Assembly: GCA_965216325.1 (NCBI GenBank)
Contig: OZ244160.1
Span: forward strand, 2,656,001 to 2,720,000
Direction of reading: 5' to 3'
DNA: 64,000 nt
Origin: Coraliomargarita sp.
GTDB lineage: Bacteria > Verrucomicrobiota > Verrucomicrobiia > Opitutales > Coraliomargaritaceae
The notes under the pieces were generated by a model. It had not been told where the DNA came from. It saw only the letters and a list, made by a program, of their open reading frames with translations, and made no database searches. Position numbers and translations under genes: made by a program. Below are positions 33,950 through 42,616 of the stretch, piece by piece (positions within the stretch are counted from its first letter, which is position 1; each line of letters begins with the position of its first letter).

Positions 33950-34019
33950 TTTGTTCCACCATACTGGAAAGCCTTTAATTGTCTAGTTGGGAGCAGATAA
34001 TATGGCTTGCGCGAAAAGA

Positions 34020-34162
34020 ACCCCTCCCATCCGTCAAGCGGATGACCTCCCCTTAACAGGGGAGGAGCTTCCTTCCCTTAGCTCCCCTCCTGGATGAGGA
34101 GGGGTGGATCGCGACTCGTCCGCCGTAGCCTTGACGAAGGTGGAAGCGAGACGGGGTGGTGC
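34020..34162. repeat. Composite palindromic repeat, apparently nested
   Basis: Hairpins cctcccct/aggggagg and cccctcct/aggagggg, with an internal tccgccgtagccttgacgaaggtgga unit. Confidence 0.65.
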
Positions 34163-34237
34163 TATGGGGACTAGATATTCTATGGACATGCATAAAGACT
34201 CGCCAAGTCCCTGTTACCTCTGCTTCTTTGTCTGTTG

Positions 34238-35173
34238 ATGGCTGACTCCTGGGAAATCCTCAAACTACTCGCGGACTCGACGCGTGTGCGCATTCTCTCT
34301 CTCCTCGCAAAGGAGGAGCTTTCGGTTGCCGAATTGCAGGAGGTGCTGGACATGGGGCAGTCGCGTATTTCATCGCATTTGAGCCTCTTACGCCAGGGGG
34401 AACTCGTGCATGACCGTCGTGAGGGAAAGAAGACTTTTTACGGCCTGAATGGCGGCGCGGATTCACACGGTGCAGCACTGCTTTCGGCGGCTTGTCAGGC
34501 CGTTGAAGATACGGATCAAATCGCTGAGGATACCGCTAATCTTAAACGGATTCTTGAGAAGCGTAAACGTAAGGCAGAGGAATATTTTAACTCGGTCGCA
34601 GGACGTCTCGGCAAAAACTATTGCCCCGGCCGCAGCTGGGAGGGGATTGGACACTTTCTCTTGCACCTGACGCCGAAGATTACAATCGCCGACCTCGGCG
34701 CGGGCGAGGGGCTCATGTCGCAGTTGCTCGCCCGCCGCGCCGAGAAGGTGATCTGCGTCGACAACTCAGAGAAGATGGTGGAGTTCGGTAGTGAGCTGGC
34801 CAAGAAGAACGGCTTTACCAACCTGAGTTACAAACTCGGCGATATTGAAGACGTGCCGCTCAAGGACGCCTCGGTTGACTTAGCGCTGCTCAGTCAGGCC
34901 CTGCACCACGCGCCGCATCCGGAAAAAGCCGTTGCAGAAGCCTTCCGCATTTTGAAGCCCGGTGGTCAGTTGATTATTCTCGACCTGTTAGAGCACCACT
35001 TTGAAAAGGCGCACGATCTCTATGCTGACGTCTGGCTCGGCTTCTCGGAGAACAAACTCTACCAACTCTTAAAGCAGGTGGGCTTCCGTAAGATCGAAGT
35101 CAACGTCGTCGCCAAAGAAGCGGTAGAGCCTTTCTTTGAGACGGTGCTGGCTAGCGGGCAGAAGGCCGACTAG
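34238..35173 (+). CDS. ArsR-HTH plus SAM-methyltransferase-fold regulator (SahR-like)
   Basis: LADSTRVRIL...ELSVAEL...QSRISSHL; IADLGAGEG; ALHH; LKPGG. Confidence 0.88.
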   Translation: MADSWEILKLLADSTRVRILSLLAKEELSVAELQEVLDMGQSRISSHLSLLRQGELVHDRREGKKTFYGLNGGADSHGAALLSAACQAVEDTDQIAEDTANLKRILEKRKRKAEEYFNSVAGRLGKNYCPGRSWEGIGHFLLHLTPKITIADLGAGEGLMSQLLARRAEKVICVDNSEKMVEFGSELAKKNGFTNLSYKLGDIEDVPLKDASVDLALLSQALHHAPHPEKAVAEAFRILKPGGQLIILDLLEHHFEKAHDLYADVWLGFSENKLYQLLKQVGFRKIEVNVVAKEAVEPFFETVLASGQKAD

Positions 35174-35274
35174 CGAACGTCGAACTTCCAACATCGAACG
35201 CTGAATGTTGAATTTCAGTCGGTCTTAAGCTGTATTCACCATTGAACTTTCGAAGTTCAATGTTCGATGTTCAA
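35174..35274. repeat. Inverted-arm tandem heptamer element
   Basis: cgaacgt cgaactt ccaacat cgaacgc ... gaagttc aatgttc gatgttc. Confidence 0.85.
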
Positions 35275-35282
35275 GCAGACTT

Positions 35283-36485
35283 TTAGTCTGCGTCGAGTGG
35301 CAGCTCGATCACCTGCCATGGTAGGCCGCGTTGGTTGAGCTCTTCCATGAATGGATCTGGATCGCGTTGTTCCATGTTCCACACACCTGGCTCTTTCCAG
35401 AGATCGCGAAGGATCATTTGCGCGCCGATCATTGCTGGAACACCAGTGGTGTAGCTGATCGCTTGGCTGGACACTTCCTTGTAGCACTCTTGGTGGTCGC
35501 AGCTGTTGTAGATGAAGATGCGCTTTTTCTTGCCGTCCTTGGTGCCGACAATGTCGCAACCGATGCAGGTCTTGCCCTTGGTGCGTGGGCCGAGGCTCGC
35601 TGGGTCGGGAAGCACGGCTTTGAGGAATTCAATTGGCTGGATCTGCTGGCCTTGGAAATCGATTGGCTCAATCGAAGTCATGCCGATGTTTTCCAGCACG
35701 CGTAGGTGGGTGAGATACTTCTCAGAGAAGGTCATCCAGAAACGGATGCGCTTGAGCCCCTTGATGTTTTGGCAGAGCGATTCCATTTCCTCGTGGTAGA
35801 GGAGGTAGGCATCTTGTTCACCGACTACCGGAAAGTCGTAGACTTGGTGCACGCTCATCGGCGCGACTTCCTTCCATTCGCCTGCTTCCCAGTAACGTCC
35901 GTTCTGGGTGATCTCGCGGATGTTGATTTCCGGGTTGAAATTGGTGGCAAAGTGGTGCCCGTGGTCACCGGCATTGGCATCGAGGATGTCGATTGTTTCG
36001 ATTTCGTCGAAGAGGTGCTTCTGTGCGTAGGCGCAGAACACGTTGGTCACACCGGGATCGAAGCCGGAGCCGAGTAGGGCGGTGAGACCTGCTTCTTTGA
36101 AGCGGTCTTGGTAGGCCCATTGCCACTTGTATTCGAATTTTGCTTCGTTGGGTGGCTCGTAGTTGGCCGTGTCGAGGTAGTGCACACCAGCAGCGAGGCA
36201 GGCATCCATGAGCGGCAAGTCCTGATAGGGCAGTGCGACGTTGATCACGAGCTCGGGTTGCTCCGCCTTGAGAAAGGCAGTCGTCGCTTCGACGTCGTCG
36301 GCATCGAGTGCCGCAGTGCGGATCGTGCGGCCAGTCTTTGCGGCAACGTCGGCTGCGATGGCATCGCACTTGGAAACCGTGCGGGAGGCCAACACGATAT
36401 CTTCAAAAATCTCCGGTAGTTGTGCGCACTTGTGTGCGACTACGTTCCCTACGCCACCTGCTCCAATAATGATCACTTTTGCCAT
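35283..36485 (-). CDS. Saccharopine dehydrogenase family, carboxy(nor)spermidine dehydrogenase type
   Basis: IIGAGGVG, YLDTANYE, GSGFDPG, FATNFNPEINIRE, SYTTGVPA. Confidence 0.9.
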   Translation of the reverse strand: MAKVIIIGAGGVGNVVAHKCAQLPEIFEDIVLASRTVSKCDAIAADVAAKTGRTIRTAALDADDVEATTAFLKAEQPELVINVALPYQDLPLMDACLAAGVHYLDTANYEPPNEAKFEYKWQWAYQDRFKEAGLTALLGSGFDPGVTNVFCAYAQKHLFDEIETIDILDANAGDHGHHFATNFNPEINIREITQNGRYWEAGEWKEVAPMSVHQVYDFPVVGEQDAYLLYHEEMESLCQNIKGLKRIRFWMTFSEKYLTHLRVLENIGMTSIEPIDFQGQQIQPIEFLKAVLPDPASLGPRTKGKTCIGCDIVGTKDGKKKRIFIYNSCDHQECYKEVSSQAISYTTGVPAMIGAQMILRDLWKEPGVWNMEQRDPDPFMEELNQRGLPWQVIELPLDAD

Positions 36486-36537
36486 GTGCTCACTTAATGT
36501 GCAGCGATTTTGAGTCAGCAAGTTAAAATTGTTTAGG

Positions 36538-36599
36538 TTGGGGTCCCGCCTTTAGGCGGTTTGAAAATGACTTGATTCCGGCTAAAGCCGGGACCCCAA
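36538..36599. repeat. REP-like dyad
   Basis: ttggggtcccgcctttaggcgg ... ccggctaaagccgggaccccaa. Confidence 0.75.
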
Positions 36600-36637
36600 C
36601 ATTGACAGCCCACATGAATTGCCAAACTTTCCAGCGC

Positions 36638-37204
36638 ATGAGTTTAAACGAAGAACTGACCCTCGCTCGTGAAACCAAGGCGACCATTATCCCGCAGGGG
36701 GATGAAGTTGTGCTGGAAGCGGGCACCCGTGCGATCATTTCTCAGGCCCTCGGTGGCACGGTTACCATTCGCACGGATTCCGGATTGTATCGCGTCGCAA
36801 GTAAGGACTGGGATGCGCTTGGCGCGGCAGCGGAGGCCGAGTTGAACGCGGCTGCTGAGGCGGCTGAAGCGGAGCAGAGCGATGCCCCTTTTAGTGAAGA
36901 GCAAGTTTGGGATGCCATGAAGGGCTGCTACGACCCTGAAATCCCAGTCAATATCGTCGACCTTGGTCTCATCTACGATCTCAGTATTGCGGAGCCAGAT
37001 GCCGACGGTAAGCACGCGATCTTTGTTAAGATGACCCTTACCGCTCAAGGCTGCGGTATGGGCCCGGTAATTGCCGATGATGCGAAGCAACGTATCGAAG
37101 CGCTCTCAGGAGTTTCGAGTGCCCAAGTCGATATCGTCTGGGATCCGCCGTGGACGCCACACATGATTTCTGAGGCCGGAAAGCAGAAGCTCGGCTTAGA
37201 ATAA
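36638..37204 (+). CDS. sufT: Fe-S cluster assembly protein SufT (long DUF59 form)
   Basis: ISQALGG, YDPEIPVNIVDLGLIY, MTLTAQGCGMG, VWDPPW. Confidence 0.88.
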   Translation: MSLNEELTLARETKATIIPQGDEVVLEAGTRAIISQALGGTVTIRTDSGLYRVASKDWDALGAAAEAELNAAAEAAEAEQSDAPFSEEQVWDAMKGCYDPEIPVNIVDLGLIYDLSIAEPDADGKHAIFVKMTLTAQGCGMGPVIADDAKQRIEALSGVSSAQVDIVWDPPWTPHMISEAGKQKLGLE

Positions 37205-37218
37205 TTTTTCCAATTAGA

Positions 37219-37244
37219 GGGCGCGACGAGTTCGCGCCTTTTTT
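37219..37244 (+). terminator. Intrinsic terminator
   Basis: ggcgcga...tcgcgcc followed by tttttt. Confidence 0.75.
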
Positions 37245-37305
37245 GCGTCTGGAGTCGATGATTGCCGCCGAAAGGCGTAGACGGCGCAAAAGTTCTGTTT
37301 GTTTG

Positions 37306-37371
37306 TGGAGGGACGACGTTTTCGTCGTCTTCAGTTAGCGCTGACTGGACCGTGCAGAAGTATGGCCCTCC
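37306..37371. repeat. GGAG-type REP-like dyad, degenerate
   Basis: tggagggacgacgttttcgtcgtc ... ggccctcc. Confidence 0.6.
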
Positions 37372-37423
37372 TGTTTAGTTGTTTTGTGCATATTGCGCTT
37401 CTTTGTGGTCACTGACTGCAATT

Positions 37424-37570
37424 GGGTCATTTTGGCGCTATTGGCGCCCCTTGTCGCGTGGTTGAGTCTTTTGCGTGTCAATGTGACCCATTTGGCGGTT
37501 TGGGTGGATTTTGTAAGTGTCTGATTATCAGTGTGAATTGCCGATTTTGGGAGTTGGCATCCTGTATGCA
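37424..37570 (+). promoter_or_regulatory. Sigma-54 promoter with IHF site and two candidate enhancer sites
   Basis: TTGGCATCCTGTATGCA (GG-N10-GC) at 37554-37570; AATCAGACACTTA on minus at 37514-37526 fits WATCARNNNNTTR; imperfect dyads at 37424-37438 and 37475-37489. Confidence 0.75.
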
Positions 37571-37604
37571 GCTATAGAGGTGAACTTCAACTAAAGGAAA
37601 CAGA

Positions 37605-38036
37605 ATGAAACTCATCCGTTATGAATATCCATCTACTCGCCACTCCAACGCGTTTGATCGTCTCTTTGATCTTGGAGCACCTGCTTTGGGACGCTTCGGA
37701 TCCTTGTTCGATGAATTTTTCGCTGAGGAAGATGGCTTTCACCAACCAGCCGCTGATCTCTATGAAGATGAGCACAATTACTTCGCCCGCCTTGAATTGC
37801 CGGGTGTGAAGAAGAAGCACATCGACCTAGAGCTCGAGAATGCGGTTCTCACGGTGAGCAGCGCTGAATCCAAAAAGGAGAAAGATGCAGAAATGAGCTA
37901 CAGCTTCCAGCGCTCGATCTCAGTGCCTGATGGCGTCGCCCTCGATAGAGTCAGTGCCAGCTACGAGGACGGTATCCTGACGGTTACCATGCCAAAGGAA
38001 GAAGCCACTAAGCCGCGTCAGATCTCCGTAAAATAA
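37605..38036 (+). CDS. Hsp20/alpha-crystallin small heat-shock protein
   Basis: DLYED...ELPGVKK, FQRSISVP, ASYEDGILTVTMPK. Confidence 0.93.
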   Translation: MKLIRYEYPSTRHSNAFDRLFDLGAPALGRFGSLFDEFFAEEDGFHQPAADLYEDEHNYFARLELPGVKKKHIDLELENAVLTVSSAESKKEKDAEMSYSFQRSISVPDGVALDRVSASYEDGILTVTMPKEEATKPRQISVK

Positions 38037-38075
38037 ACCGATTTAACAAAAACATCAGAAAGGAAATTACTCAAT

Positions 38076-38465
38076 ATGAGCACCACAGAAATTAACACTT
38101 GCAAGTCCAACACTCCAGCTTGCGGCACTGTGAAGCCCGCCAATTGGCGTCGCCCACGCTACGATGTCGCTGAAAATGACGACGGCTTCAATGTCCGTGT
38201 CAGCCTGCCGGGGGTGAGCCGCGATGGAGTCGATATCGCTTACGAGGATGATACGCTCCGCATTACGGGCACCCGCGCGAAGTGGGCCGGGGAGGGCTGG
38301 CGCCCGCTCCATCGTGAGTTGCCGGACAGCGACTACCGCTTGCACCTGCGTCTGAATGTGGGCGTCGATGCGGCAAAAATCGTTGCCCAGATTGAAGACG
38401 GCATCCTTGAGCTCAGCCTACCAAAGGCCGAGGCGGTCAAGCCACGCAAGATCAAGGTGTCTTAG
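38076..38465 (+). CDS. Hsp20/alpha-crystallin small heat-shock protein
   Basis: PRYDV, LPGVS, DGILELSLPK. Confidence 0.92.
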   Translation: MSTTEINTCKSNTPACGTVKPANWRRPRYDVAENDDGFNVRVSLPGVSRDGVDIAYEDDTLRITGTRAKWAGEGWRPLHRELPDSDYRLHLRLNVGVDAAKIVAQIEDGILELSLPKAEAVKPRKIKVS

Positions 38466-38472
38466 TTTAATG

Positions 38473-38558
38473 GTAGCGCAGGCGCGTCTCGCGCCGCATG
38501 AATTGCCTGAACCTTGTGCTTAGGCTACGGGGTGCGCACCGAGACGGTGCTGCGCTAC
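38473..38558. repeat. REP-like dyad GTAGCGCAG...CTGCGCTAC
   Basis: Terminal inverted arms with internal hairpins; right arm recurs at 56507-56534. Confidence 0.8.
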
Positions 38559-38606
38559 CATCTTAAAAATTTGTGAGTTAGTTAGGTTAGTTAGCTAGTT
38601 AGGGTT

Positions 38607-38642
38607 GAAGGTCGGTGCTAGGGGTAGTGCCGGCCTTCTTTC
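38607..38642 (+). terminator. Intrinsic terminator of the hsp20 operon
   Basis: gaaggtcggtgcta/tagtgccggccttc followed by tttc. Confidence 0.7.
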
Positions 38643-38658
38643 GTTATACAGCCGAAGG

Positions 38659-38741
38659 CTCTTAATCTTACTCCTAATCGTAATCTTAATCTCCAAATTC
38701 AGTTGGAGAGATTATGATTAAGATTATGATTAGGAGTAAGA
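38659..38741. repeat. Inverted-arm tandem hexamer element
   Basis: ctcttaatcttactcctaatcgtaatcttaatc ... gattatgattaagattatgattaggagtaagag. Confidence 0.85.
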
Positions 38742-38952
38742 GGGGGTATCTGCTTAGTAAAACCGCATAAATCAGCGATTTACGCTTGCTTTGCCTTGGG
38801 CGGCTGGTATCCATCTCCGCTTTCCTATTTGCGTGGATGGGAAAAACGGATCCCTTTGTGGGCTCTGGAAAATCATAACTCACGCACAATCATTAACTAA
38901 AAGAAAACTTCATTTCTCCCCGGAGTACTGCTTCAGGGCTTTGAAAAATAGC

Positions 38953-39774
<822 letters not shown>

Positions 39775-39820
39775 TTTTCCAGTTGTTCAAATTTTACACT
39801 ACTCAATTAGAAATTAAAAA

Positions 39821-40414
39821 ATGAGCGTTCAAATTAATGCAAAACAGGTTGGTGAGCTTCGCGAAAGCACAGGCGCTGGCCTCATGGATTGTAAGAAGGC
39901 ATTGGTCGAAGCCGAAGGCGATTTCGATCAGGCTGTAGAGCTTCTCCGCAAGCGTGGTGTTGCTAAGGCTGCTAAGAAGGCTGGCCGCGACGCTTCCGAA
40001 GGTATCGTCGACACCTACATTCACCTTGGTGGCAAGGTTGGTGTGCTTTGCGAAATCAACTGTGAGTCTGACTTCGTTGCGAAGACTGACGACTTCAAGC
40101 AATTCGTTCGCGACATCGCAATGCACATCGCAGCTGCGAGCCCGGTTTGCGTATCCCGCGAAGAAATCGACCCAGCTCTTCTTGAGGCAGAGCGCAAGGT
40201 TGCTGAAGGCCAAGCTGAAGGTAAGCCAGCTGCAGCGATCGAAAAGATCGTTGAAGGTAAGCTTAACAAGTATCTCAGCGAGCACTGCCTCCTCGAGCAA
40301 GCATACGTCAAGAACCCTGACCAAACCGTTCAGGAACTGCTTACCGAGAAGATCTCCAAGATGGGCGAAAACATGAAGATTCGCCGCTTCGCACGCTTCC
40401 AAGTCGGCGCGTAA
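39821..40414 (+). CDS. tsf: Elongation factor Ts (short form)
   Basis: LRESTGAGLMDCKKAL, EINCESDFVA, IRRFARF. Confidence 0.98.
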   Translation: MSVQINAKQVGELRESTGAGLMDCKKALVEAEGDFDQAVELLRKRGVAKAAKKAGRDASEGIVDTYIHLGGKVGVLCEINCESDFVAKTDDFKQFVRDIAMHIAAASPVCVSREEIDPALLEAERKVAEGQAEGKPAAAIEKIVEGKLNKYLSEHCLLEQAYVKNPDQTVQELLTEKISKMGENMKIRRFARFQVGA

Positions 40415-40443
40415 CCCGCCCGCTTGTTTACTGCTTTGTCAAA

Positions 40444-40476
40444 GCCCTTCGCCATTACGGCGAGGGGCGTTTTTGT
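40444..40476 (+). terminator. Intrinsic terminator of rpsB-tsf; target site of the intron
   Basis: GCCCTTCGCC-attac-GGCGAGGGGC-GTTTTTGT. Confidence 0.9.
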
Positions 40477-41631
40477 GTGCGCCCGGCAGGGCGCACTTAC
40501 TCGACAGTGATTATTAATGGAAATTGATGAAAGTCTGTTACTCGCCCGGCAAGGGGAAGAGTTAGCCGAAGGGCAACTGCGGCATCGCGAGGTGTTCGTG
40601 GGAAGGAAGCCTATGGCAAAGCACTGGCCTGACGAACAGGAATCGCATAAGAGGCGTTTGCGTTGGATGAGGAGGCACAGAACTTCAAAGTCCGAAACTT
40701 GCCCGGAAAGCGCAGGCGTATATGCGGCAGGCATAAGTGTGACGGTAAGTGCGCATTACCCGGGGAGGTCTCTGAACATGCTACTGGCTACCAGTGTCGC
40801 GAGGCACTGGGATGTGTTTAGAGAAGTCAGCCGAGATCATAGTAGCCTGCACAGGTCGCGGGCGAAGGATCGAACCGAAGAACGACAACAAGGACTGAGA
40901 CCATGAGCGAGAGCAGGGAAGCAGAAGCTGGCGGCACCACCCGTCAGACCCGCGTGGAAGGAACCGGACGGCATCTGGGGCGAGTCCATGCGGGCGCATC
41001 AAGCGCGCCATCGGCCTTGGAGACCAAACTGAAGCTGAAGGTCAACCACCTCAAAAGCGCGGTGGATCGTCCGAGCCGCCGGATCTTCCTCGGCTACAGC
41101 TTCACTGGGGGCAAGCATAGCCGCATTCGCGTGCCCAAACAGACGACTCAAAAGATGAAGTCCAAGCTGCGGAAACTCTGCCGCAAAGGGCGCGGGCGCA
41201 ACCTGCGCCGCTTCATCGCTGAGACGCTCAATCCAGTGCTACGCGGCTGGACGAACTAGTTCCGCCTGAGTCAGACGAAAACCTTCGCCGGGGAACTGGA
41301 CGAATGGTTGCGACATCGCTTGCGGTGCATCCTCTGGCGACAGTGGAAACGTCCCCACACCCGCTACAGGAAGCTGGTGCAGCTTGGGCTCAGCCCCGAA
41401 TGTGCACGCAAAAGCAGCTACAACGGACGCGGGGCGTGGTTTAACAGCGGAGCCTCTCACATGAACCAAGCCCTCCCACGCAAAGCCTTCACGTAAATGA
41501 AGCTCCTATCTGTCTATGATTTGCTCGAATTGATGAGAGCCGAAATCCTTCTTCGGAACCGCCGTGATACGTGAACCGTACGTCCGGTGGTGTGAGAGCT
41601 TGGAGCGGGCAACCGCTCCCGGCTACTCGAT
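40477..41631 (+). mobile_element. Group IIC intron with an internally deleted ORF
   Basis: 5' GTGCGCCCGGCA; domain V GAACCGCCG...CGGTGGTGT with CGC triad at 41556; domain VI ending CTACTCGAT; inserted 8 nt after a terminator stem. Confidence 0.93.
40903..41546 (+). pseudogene. Intron-encoded RT/maturase remnant
   Basis: N-terminus joins directly to LKLKVN..KS..FLGYSF and domain X (LNPVLRGW, LDEWLRHRLR..WRQWKR); no YADD motif; in-frame stops at 41257 and 41494. Confidence 0.9.
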
Positions 41632-41635
41632 GTCG

Positions 41636-41697
41636 GTAGCACAGGCATCAGGCATCTTGCCTGTGTCATTGAGCCTTCATCAGGCAGGCGCCTTTAC
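41636..41697. repeat. REP-like dyad, CAGGC family, directly after the intron
   Basis: gtagcacaggcat(caggcat)cttgcctgtg ... caggcaggcgcctttac. Confidence 0.65.
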
Positions 41698-42545
41698 TTG
41701 AAGTTCAAACTTGAAATAAAGCCATCAATCGCGGCTGCCGTTGCACCAGGTTGCTCGAGGTGGGGCATGTGGCCCGCATTTGGAATGGTGAAGTGTGAAG
41801 TGTAAGGTGTGAAAGAGCTAGCCATCTGCTCGGCGATGCGGGTGTATTTGATGTCTTCTGCGCCGGTAATGAGCAGCACAGGTATTTTCAGTTTAGAAAG
41901 CTCGGGCCAGAGGTTGGGGCAACTGCCTTGGCCGAATTCACGTAGGCTGCGGGCGAGTCCGGTTGCAGTGTGTTGGGCTCGGCTTGCGCGCATGGCTGCA
42001 CGCCACTCGCTGCGGATACGTTGCTGGCTGCGGATCATCGGGGTGCTTTGCCAGAACTCGATGAACGCGGCAGCGCCATCGGTCTCAATCCGCTGTGCTA
42101 GTTTGTCGTCGACGCGGCGGCGCTCAGTGCGGCCGTCGGCTGATTCGATGCCGGGGTTGGGACTGATTAAAATAAGAGCGTCCCAAGATTCTGGATGCGC
42201 GCAGGCATGTTGTAGCGCGGCGCGGGCGCCCATCGAATAGCCAAGAAGGATATGCGATGGTGGAGTGGAGGACGGACCTTTATTGTCCGTCGTATCAGCT
42301 GGATCGTGCGGTGGTTGCTCATCAGTGGTGCAGGACAGTAAAGGTCCTGCCTCCATTGCGATGCGTTGTTGTTGAACGAAACAGACCGTGGCCTCCGGTG
42401 TGCAGTCGAGATCGTTTGCTGTGCCATGTCCGGGGAGGTCGGGACAGTGCCATAGGCCTAAGGTATGACAAAACGGCGAGAACTCTTTGAAGTCCTCGCC
42501 GCTGCCGGTAAATCCGTGTAAGGCTAGTATGGATGGTTTGGGCAT
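41694..42545 (-). CDS. Alpha/beta hydrolase, MenH-like, with an in-frame repeat insertion
   Basis: LHGFTGS, DLPGHG, GYSMG, GAEDIKY, AGHMPHLEQP. Confidence 0.85.
   Translation of the reverse strand: MPKPSILALHGFTGSGEDFKEFSPFCHTLGLWHCPDLPGHGTANDLDCTPEATVCFVQQQRIAMEAGPLLSCTTDEQPPHDPADTTDNKGPSSTPPSHILLGYSMGARAALQHACAHPESWDALILISPNPGIESADGRTERRRVDDKLAQRIETDGAAAFIEFWQSTPMIRSQQRIRSEWRAAMRASRAQHTATGLARSLREFGQGSCPNLWPELSKLKIPVLLITGAEDIKYTRIAEQMASSFTPYTSHFTIPNAGHMPHLEQPGATAAAIDGFISSLNFK
42266..42355. repeat. GGAG-type REP-like dyad inside the hydrolase CDS (90 bp)
   Basis: tggaggacggacctttattgtccgtc ... gcaggacagtaaaggtcctgcctcca; intergenic relative at 46734. Confidence 0.85.
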
Positions 42546-42556
42546 TCGTCGCCTAG

Positions 42557-42614
42557 GTCGGGCGTGATATCCTTATCGCGCCGTTGGCGGATCGTTGGAG
42601 ACAACGATCCCTAC
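42557..42614. repeat. REP-like dyad
   Basis: gtcgggcgtgatatccttatcgcgccg ... acgatccctac; near-copy at 48980. Confidence 0.8.
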
Positions 42615-42616
42615 CT

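Noticed and set aside
38860..38952. S2 autoregulatory leader upstream of rpsB
   Set aside because: Expected from context, but I cannot support a specific fold by eye
40903..41496. Active reverse transcriptase system (retron, DGR or defence RT)
   Set aside because: No YADD core, internal stops, and clear group II intron RNA boundaries
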